Part shown: piece after piece, positions 55,180 through 64,000 of the stretch
Position numbering within the stretch: position 1 is the stretch's first letter
How the letters are laid out: each line of letters starts with the position of its first letter
Source: an uncultured Alphaproteobacteria bacterium
Lineage (GTDB): Bacteria; Pseudomonadota; Alphaproteobacteria; CAAHEQ01; UBA3637
Direction of reading: 5' to 3'
NCBI GenBank assembly: GCA_944393195.1
Contig: CALXZG010000006.1
Coordinates: forward strand, 1,226-65,225
Length of the DNA: 64,000 bases
Program-made: the position numbers and the translations under genes
The notes under the pieces: generated by a model
The model's input: only the letters and a program-made list of their open reading frames with translations
The model's database searches: none
Told to the model about the DNA's origin: nothing

Positions 55180-55467
55180 ATGAAATTTAAGCCTTTATTG
55201 GATCGTGTTGCCATTCGGCGCGTGGAAGAAGAAAAACGGACGGCGGGCGGGTTAATTATTCCCGATACAGCCAAAGAAAAACCGTCACAGGGAATTGTGG
55301 TGGCGGTTGGCCCCGGCGGTCGGGATGAAGACGGCAAAGTTGTCGCGATGACCTTAAAAGAAGGGGATCATGTTTTATTCGGCAAGTGGTCCGGCACGGA
55401 GATCAAGATTGACGGGCAAGATTTGTTGATTATGAAAGAAAGTGAAATTTTAGGTATTTTGGAATAA
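55180..55467 (+). CDS. groES: Co-chaperonin GroES
   Basis: 95 aa: [35 protein letters not shown]. Confidence 0.96.
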   Translation: MKFKPLLDRVAIRRVEEEKRTAGGLIIPDTAKEKPSQGIVVAVGPGGRDEDGKVVAMTLKEGDHVLFGKWSGTEIKIDGQDLLIMKESEILGILE

Positions 55468-57135
<1,668 letters not shown>

Positions 57136-57158
57136 GCAAACCGTTTATAACGTAAAAA

Positions 57159-57183
57159 GGAGTCCGAAAGGGCTCCTTTTTTT
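57159..57183 (+). terminator. Intrinsic terminator after groEL
   Basis: A GGAGTCC-gaaa-GGGCTCC hairpin (one G:U pair) is followed by TTTTTTT. Confidence 0.8.
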
Positions 57184-57204
57184 GATGGAAAAATGGCGTG
57201 TATT

Positions 57205-58326
57205 TTAAGGGGTGGTTATCAATTGATAATAGGGTTTATCCGGTTGTTTTCGGAAGCTTTCAATGCCATAGTCATCCCATTTCAGGGTAATGGTATCCGG
57301 TGTTTGGCGGAGGATGGTTGCCATATCATTATTCCGGCGGCGATGTGCCCGGGTTTTGGAATCCAGAATGATCAAATCACTCCAACCGGGATGTTTACAG
57401 CGAATAGCATTCGGCGGAAAACATTCTTTGGTCAAGTAATCCCGTAAAACTTCGGGGCGAATGAGGTCGTCCGTTGTTTTGTTGTGGGCAATTTTGAGCC
57501 AGCATTCACATTCATCGTCGCATGTTTGTCCCGGTTTTAGGTACATATTAAAGGTGTCCTGTCGATATCGGTCGACGGATTGTTTTTGAATGGCGCGATA
57601 GTTTTCTTTTTTAAAAGCTGTTCGTCCTTTTTTCAACAGGATATCGGGCAGGTTGGCAATCCGTCCCCGATATTTCAGGGTAACATCGCGCCAGAAAGGC
57701 ATATCTTCGGCATGCAGATAAGTATCGATATAACGGATATGGTGTTGTTCCACAAAATCCCGGCGAATCATGGCGCAGGGATGAGGGACGGGTACATGGG
57801 TAAAGGTTAAGATGCGCGCCTCTTCCGGATCTTCGGGAAATGAGTTGGCGGCAAAAGAGCAGCCGGTGGCCGTGATATCCGGATGTGTATCAAGGAATGC
57901 AACCTGTTTAGCGAAACGGGTCGGATCGGAAATATCGTCATCATCCATTCGGGCGATATATTTGCCGCGTGCGGCATCAAGACCTTTGTTCAGGCTGGCA
58001 ATCAGGCCGATATTGGTGTCGTTGGTAATAATTCGGATACGGGGATCCTTATCTTGGTATTGTTGTAAAACGGTGGCGGTTTGATCGGGAGAGCCGTCGT
58101 TGATAATAATGAATTCAAAATCACGGTATGTTTGGTTCAGAATGGAATCAATGGCCTTGGGGAGTTCCGTATCGGCCCGGTGATAGGTAGACATAATAAC
58201 CGAAATGGTTGGTCGATGGGGTGGAACCAGTTGACAAGCACTCAGCAAAAAGACCATCAGAAAGACACCGACCGAACGTACCTTTCGGTCGTGGATGCAA
58301 TGGAATGATCTTTGGCGTAGAAACAT
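57205..58326 (-). CDS. Family 2 glycosyltransferase with an extra C-terminal domain
   Basis: 373 aa. The GT-A core reads SVIMSTYHRADTELPKAIDSILNQTYRDFEFIIINDGSPD...ARMDDDD. It has a hydrophobic N-terminus and ~120 unassigned C-terminal residues. Confidence 0.8.
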   Translation of the reverse strand: MFLRQRSFHCIHDRKVRSVGVFLMVFLLSACQLVPPHRPTISVIMSTYHRADTELPKAIDSILNQTYRDFEFIIINDGSPDQTATVLQQYQDKDPRIRIITNDTNIGLIASLNKGLDAARGKYIARMDDDDISDPTRFAKQVAFLDTHPDITATGCSFAANSFPEDPEEARILTFTHVPVPHPCAMIRRDFVEQHHIRYIDTYLHAEDMPFWRDVTLKYRGRIANLPDILLKKGRTAFKKENYRAIQKQSVDRYRQDTFNMYLKPGQTCDDECECWLKIAHNKTTDDLIRPEVLRDYLTKECFPPNAIRCKHPGWSDLIILDSKTRAHRRRNNDMATILRQTPDTITLKWDDYGIESFRKQPDKPYYQLITTP

Positions 58327-58330
58327 GATT

Positions 58331-60532
58331 TTATTTCCTTTTACCTTTTTTGCGACGGCCAGTATGGCGACGGGGTTTACGATCGGGCGGTTGTTGAAAG
58401 GAGCCGCCTGTGATGAGGGAAAAAGTCAGGCTGCCCGTTATGGGGATGCACTCTTTTAAAACGGCGCGGACGATATCGCCGGCGGTATAGGTCTTACCGG
58501 TGGAACGGCCGACAACACGTTGTGCCGGTTCGTCGTAATCGTAAAAGTCGCCGCTCAGGGCGTGCATCGGGACAAAACCGTCGGCACCGTAGGGTTCAAC
58601 GTACAAAAAGAGGCCGAACGGTGTCACAGAGGAAATACGGGCGTCAAAAGCTTGACCGACTTTATCCGCCATCCATGCGGTAATGTAACGATCAACGGCA
58701 CTTTGTTCGGCGGATGCGGCCTGACGTTCCGTGTATGAAATATGGCGGGCGGTATCGGCGAACGTAGCGGTTTCTTCGTCGGTTAAAGCACCTTCCCCGA
58801 GTTTCAGGACTTTAATCAAGGCACGATGCACCATGATATCGGCGTAACGACGGATCGGTGATGTAAAGTGGGCGTAGCGATCCAAGGCTAAACCGAAATG
58901 GCCGATGTTATCGGGAGAATAGACGGCCTGTGCCTGAGCACGCAGAACCAGTTCGTTGACGGCTTGGTCACGGGCCGTTCCTTTGGCGTGTGCCAGAATA
59001 ACATTAAAATCAGCCGGTGTCGGATTTTCCTTTAATTCCGCCGCTTGACCGATGGATTGCAAGAAAGCCCCCAAGGTTTCGATTTTTTGCGCGCTCGGTT
59101 TATCATGAACGCGGTACATGGTCGGTGCGGCTTTATCCTCTAATGTTTCGGCAGCGGCAACGTTGGCAAGAATCATCATTTCTTCAATCAACTGCATACT
59201 CGGTAATTGGTGCCGCAATTTTACGTCGATGATCTGACCACGGTTGTTTAAGACGACTTGCCGTTCCGGGACATCTATGGCCAGCACACCGCGGCGGTCG
59301 CGTCGTTTTTTGAGGGCGGTATAAGCGCCGACAAGGTGGCGTATTTCAGATTCCAGTCCTTGAATCGGTGTATGATCATCCATTGCGGATTGGACTTCGT
59401 CGTAGGTCAGGCGGCGGGCGGATTGAATCAGGGCGCGGCGGAAGGTATGTTTTTTCTTGCGACCGTTGGCGTCAATCCAAACTTCGCAGACCATGGCCGC
59501 ACGCGGTTCGTTGGGATTCAAAGAGCAAACGCCGTTGGACAAGGCTTCGGGAAGCATGGGAATAACGCGGTCGGGAAAATAGACCGAATTGCCGCGTAAG
59601 CGGGCATCCATATCAAGGGCCGTACCGGGGCGAACGTACCAAGCGACATCGGCGATACCGATCATCAGGTGCCATCCGCCGGGGTTGTCCGGTGCCGTAT
59701 CCGGTTCGGCCCAAACGGCGTCGTCAAAATCACGGGCATCGGCACCGTCAATTGTCACAAACGGAATGGTGCGTAAGTCTTCACGATGTTTCCCCAGGGG
59801 CGGAACGGTTGCTTTGTTTGCTTGCTTTTCGGCAGCTTCGGTAAAAGCAACGGGCAGGTTATGCATATAGATTGCAATCAAGGTGGCGGCAAAAGGTGCG
59901 TCGGCAGAACCTATTTTCCGAACAAAGGTTGCCCGGGGATCGCGTTCGCGAACCAAGGGAATATCGACAATGACGATATCTTTGTTTTGCAGTGTTTCCC
60001 CGCGCGGCAGACCGGTAAGGGAGAAGGCTTGTTTCAAGCGACGATCAACCGAATAGACAAAACCGTTTTCATACACACCGACCATATGGTTTTCACCGGC
60101 CGTCATGCGGCGGAGCGCTTCCCCGTGATACATTTTGTTGCCGATGGGTTTGACTTTGACCTGAACAATATCGCCGACACCGGCGGGCGGGGAAAGACGG
60201 TCTTTGGTAATAATAATTTGCGGAGCGGGGGAGGTAGCCGTCCATTCCAGGGGGCGAGCCATCAAATCGCCGAGGGAATCCATGCCGGTAATTTCCACGA
60301 CAACCCGTTCCGGTAAAGCGTCCGTTATACCGATCCGACGGCCGCCGCGCTCTGTTTGAATGAGGCCTTGGGCGCGCAAGTCTTTAATCACACCTTTTAA
60401 TGCAACGCGGGTATCGCCTTTGGCACCGAAAGCGCGGGCCAGATCCTTTTTAGACACAGGACCGGATTGCGTGTTCAGATAAGCCATGACATCGTCCATG
60501 GTGATGGGGGATTGTTGTTTTTTATGCGCCAT
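58331..60532 (-). CDS. rnr: Ribonuclease R
   Basis: RNB domain motifs (TIDGADARDFDDAV, HFGL, YAHFTSPIRRYAD), an S1 domain and a basic C-terminal tail. The start was chosen at MAHKKQQ; the track ORF extends 42 codons upstream. Confidence 0.92.
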   Translation of the reverse strand: MAHKKQQSPITMDDVMAYLNTQSGPVSKKDLARAFGAKGDTRVALKGVIKDLRAQGLIQTERGGRRIGITDALPERVVVEITGMDSLGDLMARPLEWTATSPAPQIIITKDRLSPPAGVGDIVQVKVKPIGNKMYHGEALRRMTAGENHMVGVYENGFVYSVDRRLKQAFSLTGLPRGETLQNKDIVIVDIPLVRERDPRATFVRKIGSADAPFAATLIAIYMHNLPVAFTEAAEKQANKATVPPLGKHREDLRTIPFVTIDGADARDFDDAVWAEPDTAPDNPGGWHLMIGIADVAWYVRPGTALDMDARLRGNSVYFPDRVIPMLPEALSNGVCSLNPNEPRAAMVCEVWIDANGRKKKHTFRRALIQSARRLTYDEVQSAMDDHTPIQGLESEIRHLVGAYTALKKRRDRRGVLAIDVPERQVVLNNRGQIIDVKLRHQLPSMQLIEEMMILANVAAAETLEDKAAPTMYRVHDKPSAQKIETLGAFLQSIGQAAELKENPTPADFNVILAHAKGTARDQAVNELVLRAQAQAVYSPDNIGHFGLALDRYAHFTSPIRRYADIMVHRALIKVLKLGEGALTDEETATFADTARHISYTERQAASAEQSAVDRYITAWMADKVGQAFDARISSVTPFGLFLYVEPYGADGFVPMHALSGDFYDYDEPAQRVVGRSTGKTYTAGDIVRAVLKECIPITGSLTFSLITGGSFQQPPDRKPRRHTGRRKKGKRK

Positions 60533-60761
60533 TGTTTTCTCCTTTGGATGTACTATGGCATATTTATTGATAAAAGAAAAGTGTTTATTCGATGAAAAAG
60601 GCAGAGAGAGTGTGTGGAATGTCAAACGCGTTGGCGGAAAGAATTGCGGAAAATACACGAAAAATGTCTTTGTATTTTAGAGATGGTATGATATTGTGGT
60701 TAAAAAGAGAGAGCAATATGACAAAAATCCGCTCAAATTATTGCCGAAAGAGGAAGGTTAA

Positions 60762-61313
60762 ATGATCAGATTAATTAAACCGCATCCCGATTATTTAGAA
60801 AGTGTTTTAAAGGGAATAGAGGAATATGAATCCGATACAACGGCGTTTCACATGATACGTCCCGTTCACGATATGATAGAGGCCAAGCACAATCATTTTA
60901 AAGATTATTTTAACCGGTTGAATAATGAAGAAAATGGTATCAATTTGCAACCCAATCATGTCAAACAAACGACTTTTTGGTTGTTGGATGATGATCAATA
61001 TGTCGGTACGATTGCTTTACGCCACCATTTAACACCGATGTTACGCCAGAGCGGTGGCCATATTGCTTATCAAGTTATTCCTTCAAAACGCCGTAAAGGG
61101 TATATGACAATCGGCCTGAAATTATGCCTTGATGAGGCAGCAAAACTGGGGTTAGATACCGTTTTGGTGACATGTCAGGAAGGAAATATCGCCTCTTATA
61201 AAACAATGCATCGTGTCATGGTTCAAATGGGAGGCTATGAGGATACCCCCTCTGATTTTGACGGGCATCAGGTCAGGCGTGTGTGGATATCATGCCCAAA
61301 GGGTGATAATTAA
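60762..61313 (+). CDS. GNAT-family acetyltransferase
   Basis: 183 aa. An acetyl-CoA-binding-like segment (IPSKRRKGYMTIGLKLCLDEA) sits within a GNAT-sized fold. Confidence 0.65.
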   Translation: MIRLIKPHPDYLESVLKGIEEYESDTTAFHMIRPVHDMIEAKHNHFKDYFNRLNNEENGINLQPNHVKQTTFWLLDDDQYVGTIALRHHLTPMLRQSGGHIAYQVIPSKRRKGYMTIGLKLCLDEAAKLGLDTVLVTCQEGNIASYKTMHRVMVQMGGYEDTPSDFDGHQVRRVWISCPKGDN

Positions 61314-61560
61314 ATTGATGTTGGAATTGGAAAGTCCGGACGGGCGGGTATATAAAAACCCCGCACTGACGGGGTGTATGGTGGGCCCGGTAGAGCAAGC
61401 GTAAATCAAAACAACCGTTGAATCGGTTGTTTTGTCGTGTAGCCAATGAAACACAATGAGCCGAACGGGAGTGAGGACGAATTGATGTTGGAATTGTGAA
61501 GTCCGGACGGGCTGGTATGTAAAAACCCCGCACTGACGGGGTGTATGGTGGGCCCGGTAG
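61313..61560. repeat. Direct duplication: two 81-bp copies (61313-61393 and 61480-61560) 167 bp apart, containing the last 15 nt of tRNA-Met plus its terminator
   Basis: The copies differ at ~4 positions. Both contain the CCCCG-cactga-CGGGG hairpin and tggtgggcccggtag. Only the second copy continues into a full tRNA. Confidence 0.9.
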
Positions 61561-61622
61561 GACTTGAACCCACGACCTATCCGTTATGAGCGGACAGCTC
61601 TAACCAACTGAGCTACAGGCCC
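61546..61622 (-). tRNA. tRNA with CAU anticodon (elongator Met or lysidine-modified Ile2; not an initiator)
   Basis: The reverse complement is GGGCCTG-TA-GCTC-AGTTGGTTA-GAGC-T-GTCCG-CTCATAA-CGGAT-AGGTC-GTGGG-TTCAAGT-CCTAC-CGGGCCC-A-CCA. Position 1:72 is paired and the anticodon stem lacks the GGG/CCC pattern, so it is not fMet. Confidence 0.88.
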
Positions 61623-61816
61623 GAACCAAGTAGATAGTATACAAAAAATACGGGCAAAAATCAAGCCTTTTTTTGCTTTTCGTCTAAAAAATATAACTCA
61701 TTCAAAAAAATACAAAAAAAGATGAAAAAATAACGGAAAAAAGTCGGGTTTCCACTTTTAAAAAACAAAAAAATGTGCTATACTCCATGTCGACTTAACA
61801 AGTAAGGAGGACATGA

Positions 61817-62338
61817 ATGTCTAAAGACTACACATTTAATCCTGGTGATTTTGTCGTTTATCCGGCGCATGGTGTGGGACAAGTGACCGAAATCCAACAA
61901 ACGGCGGTGGCTGGACAAAATTTAGAGTTGATTGCTATTAACTTTACAAAAGACAAAATGATGTTGCGTATTCCGTTGGCGAGCGCTCAAAAAAGCGGCT
62001 TGCGACAGGTGGCAACGCCGGCGGTGATGGATACGGCTATTCATACGTTAAAAGGAAAAGCCAAGATTAAACGGGCGCAATGGAGCAAGCGGTCGCAAGA
62101 GTATGCGACAAAGATTAATTCGGGGGATCCGATTGCGGTGGCCGAGGTGTTGCGGGATTTGTATAAAAATCCGGCGATTGCCGAACAAACGTACAGTGAG
62201 CGTCAGATTTACGAACAGGCAATGGGGCGATTCGTGTCCGAATATGCGATTGTGAATAAGATGGATGAATCCGAGGCTGCGGTGCAGTTGGAATCCATTT
62301 TACAGAATAAAGCAACATCGATGAAAACGGAAGCTTAG
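61817..62338 (+). CDS. carD: CarD/CdnL-family RNA-polymerase-binding transcription factor
   Basis: 173 aa with FNPGDFVVYPAHGVGQV...EL (Tudor-like RNAP-interacting domain) and a helical C-terminal domain. Confidence 0.85.
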   Translation: MSKDYTFNPGDFVVYPAHGVGQVTEIQQTAVAGQNLELIAINFTKDKMMLRIPLASAQKSGLRQVATPAVMDTAIHTLKGKAKIKRAQWSKRSQEYATKINSGDPIAVAEVLRDLYKNPAIAEQTYSERQIYEQAMGRFVSEYAIVNKMDESEAAVQLESILQNKATSMKTEA

Positions 62339-62476
62339 GCTTTCGTTTTTATCTTTTGGTGGGGGAAATAGCGGACGAATCCGGATGACATGATGCGCGA
62401 TTGCCGAACGGGGTGATGGTGTCGGGTGTTTTTTCGGCATAATGCATGATTCGTCTGAATAAAGGAAGGCAGGCAA

Positions 62477-62767
62477 ATGAAGCGGGTATGGCATGTGGCT
62501 TTGATATGCGGATGTTTAGTCGGATGTGCGGAAACGGCGCCTTTTATTGATACGCGGCGGGAAGCGGGGCAGGTTGAGCCGGTTGGGCAATCGCGGCCGG
62601 AGCGGATTGCGGTTTGTCATCACATGTGGTGGCATGATGAACAAGCGGTGGCGGCTTTGGCGGAAGAGGCATGTGTTCAGCAGGGAAAGCATGCCGTGTA
62701 TGACGGAACGACGTATTTTAATTGTCGATTCATGACACCGACAACTTCTTTTTACCGGTGTGAATAA
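62477..62767 (+). CDS. Small putative lipoprotein
   Basis: 96 aa with the signal and lipobox MKRVWHVALICGCLVG|C. I recognised no family. Confidence 0.5.
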   Translation: MKRVWHVALICGCLVGCAETAPFIDTRREAGQVEPVGQSRPERIAVCHHMWWHDEQAVAALAEEACVQQGKHAVYDGTTYFNCRFMTPTTSFYRCE

Positions 62768-62809
62768 GTGTTCATCAACGGATGCAAAGCGTACCGATTG
62801 TCGGGTCCG

Positions 62810-63781
62810 TTATTTTTGATAGAAGCGGTCGTCCGGCAGGCGAAGCCAATTAAAGGCATTTTCCTGTTTAAAAGAGGCTTCAACATCGAAGGGGGCAATC
62901 GGTTTCATCGCTTTACCGTTTTCCGTCCGATTGGGGACGTAGTAAATCAGTCGGGCAAAATCTTTGGCATAGAAATCGACTTTTTCGGGTTGTACGACGT
63001 TGCAGGCGGCCGTTGAAAAGAACGTGGCAACTTTGTCCAATTGCGGAACCAAAAGTGTCAGTAATTCGGCCGGAACAATTTTCGGAATAACCGGAATATC
63101 GGGGAAAACGGAAGCCCAGTTTGTCATTTCGCGCGGGTGCGGCTTAATAACGACATCCTTGGGATTATATTGGCCGATAATGGACCGATAAATATCGATT
63201 TTATCCTGTTCGGATGTGATGCGATCCTCCGACAACGGTTGCGTGACAAGTAAAACTTTACGGTTTTCAAGGGTGCGTACCGTCGGTTTGTCGACATGGA
63301 AATAGGCCGCAAACTCTTCTTTTTCCGATTGCGTTTTAGCGTTCCAGAGAGCTTTGATATCCAAGTATTCCAAGCGTTCATGGGGTTTATCCAATCCGCC
63401 GGGATACGGAACGGTGTAACACATTTTAAAGCGGGGATCTTTGAGGTATTCGGGGAATTTTTGAATATCCCAGAGGCCGTCGGAAATGGGGTAAAATGGA
63501 AAATTTTTGACGAAGAAATGGGAGAAGATGGTTTCAACGTTTCCGTAGCACGGGACACGCCGACCGTCAAGCATCAAATATGTTTGTTGTTGTAAGAACG
63601 TGCGCATTAACGGCAGTTGTTCCGGCTTTTGGGGGCCGAACATCGGCAGGCGATTGGGAACGCGAACCGGGACGGCCGAGGGACCGAGTAAAAACAAGGT
63701 ATCGTTAATTTTATCCGAAAAGCGAAGCATGTATAAAAACAGCGCGTAAACGGAATTGGCAATAAAAATTTGTGTTAGCAT
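62810..63781 (-). CDS. Glycosyltransferase family 52-like (Lst/LsgB-type, sialyltransferase-like)
   Basis: 323 aa. VLLVTQPLSED, IKPHPRE and FFSTAACN are spaced as in my recollection of H. influenzae LsgB (VLLGQPVFAED...LPHPRE...YFSSAIIN). Confidence 0.55.
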   Translation of the reverse strand: MLTQIFIANSVYALFLYMLRFSDKINDTLFLLGPSAVPVRVPNRLPMFGPQKPEQLPLMRTFLQQQTYLMLDGRRVPCYGNVETIFSHFFVKNFPFYPISDGLWDIQKFPEYLKDPRFKMCYTVPYPGGLDKPHERLEYLDIKALWNAKTQSEKEEFAAYFHVDKPTVRTLENRKVLLVTQPLSEDRITSEQDKIDIYRSIIGQYNPKDVVIKPHPREMTNWASVFPDIPVIPKIVPAELLTLLVPQLDKVATFFSTAACNVVQPEKVDFYAKDFARLIYYVPNRTENGKAMKPIAPFDVEASFKQENAFNWLRLPDDRFYQK

Positions 63782-63878
63782 TGTAAAGCTCCCGGTTAAT
63801 TCAATGGTCGTATCATAGCATGAAAGCTATGGTGTTGCAAGGTTGTTTTTGTGGGGAAATTTTATAACATAAAGATTG

Positions 63879-63910
63879 AAAAAGCGGGGTGAAGAATCAT
63901 CTTCACCCCG
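63879..63910 (-). terminator. Intrinsic terminator / hairpin 3' of paralog P4
   Basis: On the minus strand CGGGGTGAAGA-tgat-TCTTCACCCCG (11-bp stem) is followed by CTTTTT. It lies 33 nt after the P4 stop. Confidence 0.75.
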
Positions 63911-63943
63911 TTTCGCTTGTCCTATCACACAAAAACCGAAACC

Positions 63944-64000
63944 TTAGCGACAAAGGGCGAGGCTGCCGTTGCCGTGGGTCCAAAAGTCAGACCCGACCGC
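63944..64000 (-). CDS. C-terminal 18 codons plus stop of a fourth modular pilin-like/lectin-like paralog (P4); the rest lies outside the window
   Basis: The reverse complement reads GCG GTC GGG TCT GAC TTT TGG ACC CAC GGC AAC GGC AGC CTC GCC CTT TGT CGC TAA, giving AVGSDFWTHGNGSLALCR*. It is colinear with the P2 and P3 ends, and the last 15 nt plus the following GGTT are identical to P2. Confidence 0.75.
   Translation of the reverse strand, partial: AVGSDFWTHGNGSLALCR

Noticed and set aside
63860-63872. Third occurrence of the 13-mer TTTTATAACATAA (also at 29658 and 46354) near the P4 3' end
   Set aside because: Here it lies on the strand opposite to P4 and downstream of it, with no flanking homology to the P2 and P3 upstream modules. 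It is more likely a chance AT-rich match or the -10 region of the GT52-like gene.

Overview
64 kb bacterial chromosomal window, about mid-40s % GC by eye. Gene content and micro-synteny look alphaproteobacterial: gyrB-recF-dnaN, gpmI-envC-ctpA-rppH, phoH-ybeY-corC-mtaB-ftsY, def-fmt-truA, dnaA-hsp20-DUF1150, CarD/CdnL, tRNA-Tyr/tRNA-Gly/tuf, groESL. A host-associated lifestyle is possible but unproven; the hints are a helical-repeat protein, a transporter-HEAT fusion, a degenerate PyrD and a GT52-like glycosyltransferase. I can support about 58 CDS, one of them frameshifted, plus 4 tRNAs (Ser-CGA, Gly-UCC, Tyr-GUA, Met/Ile2-CAU), several intrinsic terminators and three sigma70/sigma32-like promoters. 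I saw no rRNA, CRISPR, transposase, integrase or phage genes. The standout is a four-copy paralogous family at 6650-7806, 29792-31063, 46511-47956 and 63944->64000 (minus strand, partial). Each copy fuses a prepilin-type leader and pilin head to a Cys-rich stalk and a C-type-lectin/DUF1566-like tip. In the three close copies the last ~14 codons vary only at codon positions 1 and 2 (AAC/TAC/GAC/CAC/ATC/ACC/GTC/GGC/AGC) and are followed by an invariant 3' block and a hairpin. That pattern is what adenine-directed mutagenesis by a diversity-generating retroelement (DGR) would leave, but no reverse transcriptase or template repeat is visible in this window. The family also carries homologous TGTAACA/TGTTACA palindromic arrays upstream. 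Small GATGACGG-ended palindromic repeats (REP-like) cluster around the family, and two sit in frame inside one leader peptide. One copy is split at a C_CCA_AAC slippery heptamer. Other oddities are tandem duplications that capture tRNA ends, an orphan ORF wedged between tRNA-Tyr and tRNA-Gly, and dnaA unlinked from dnaN.
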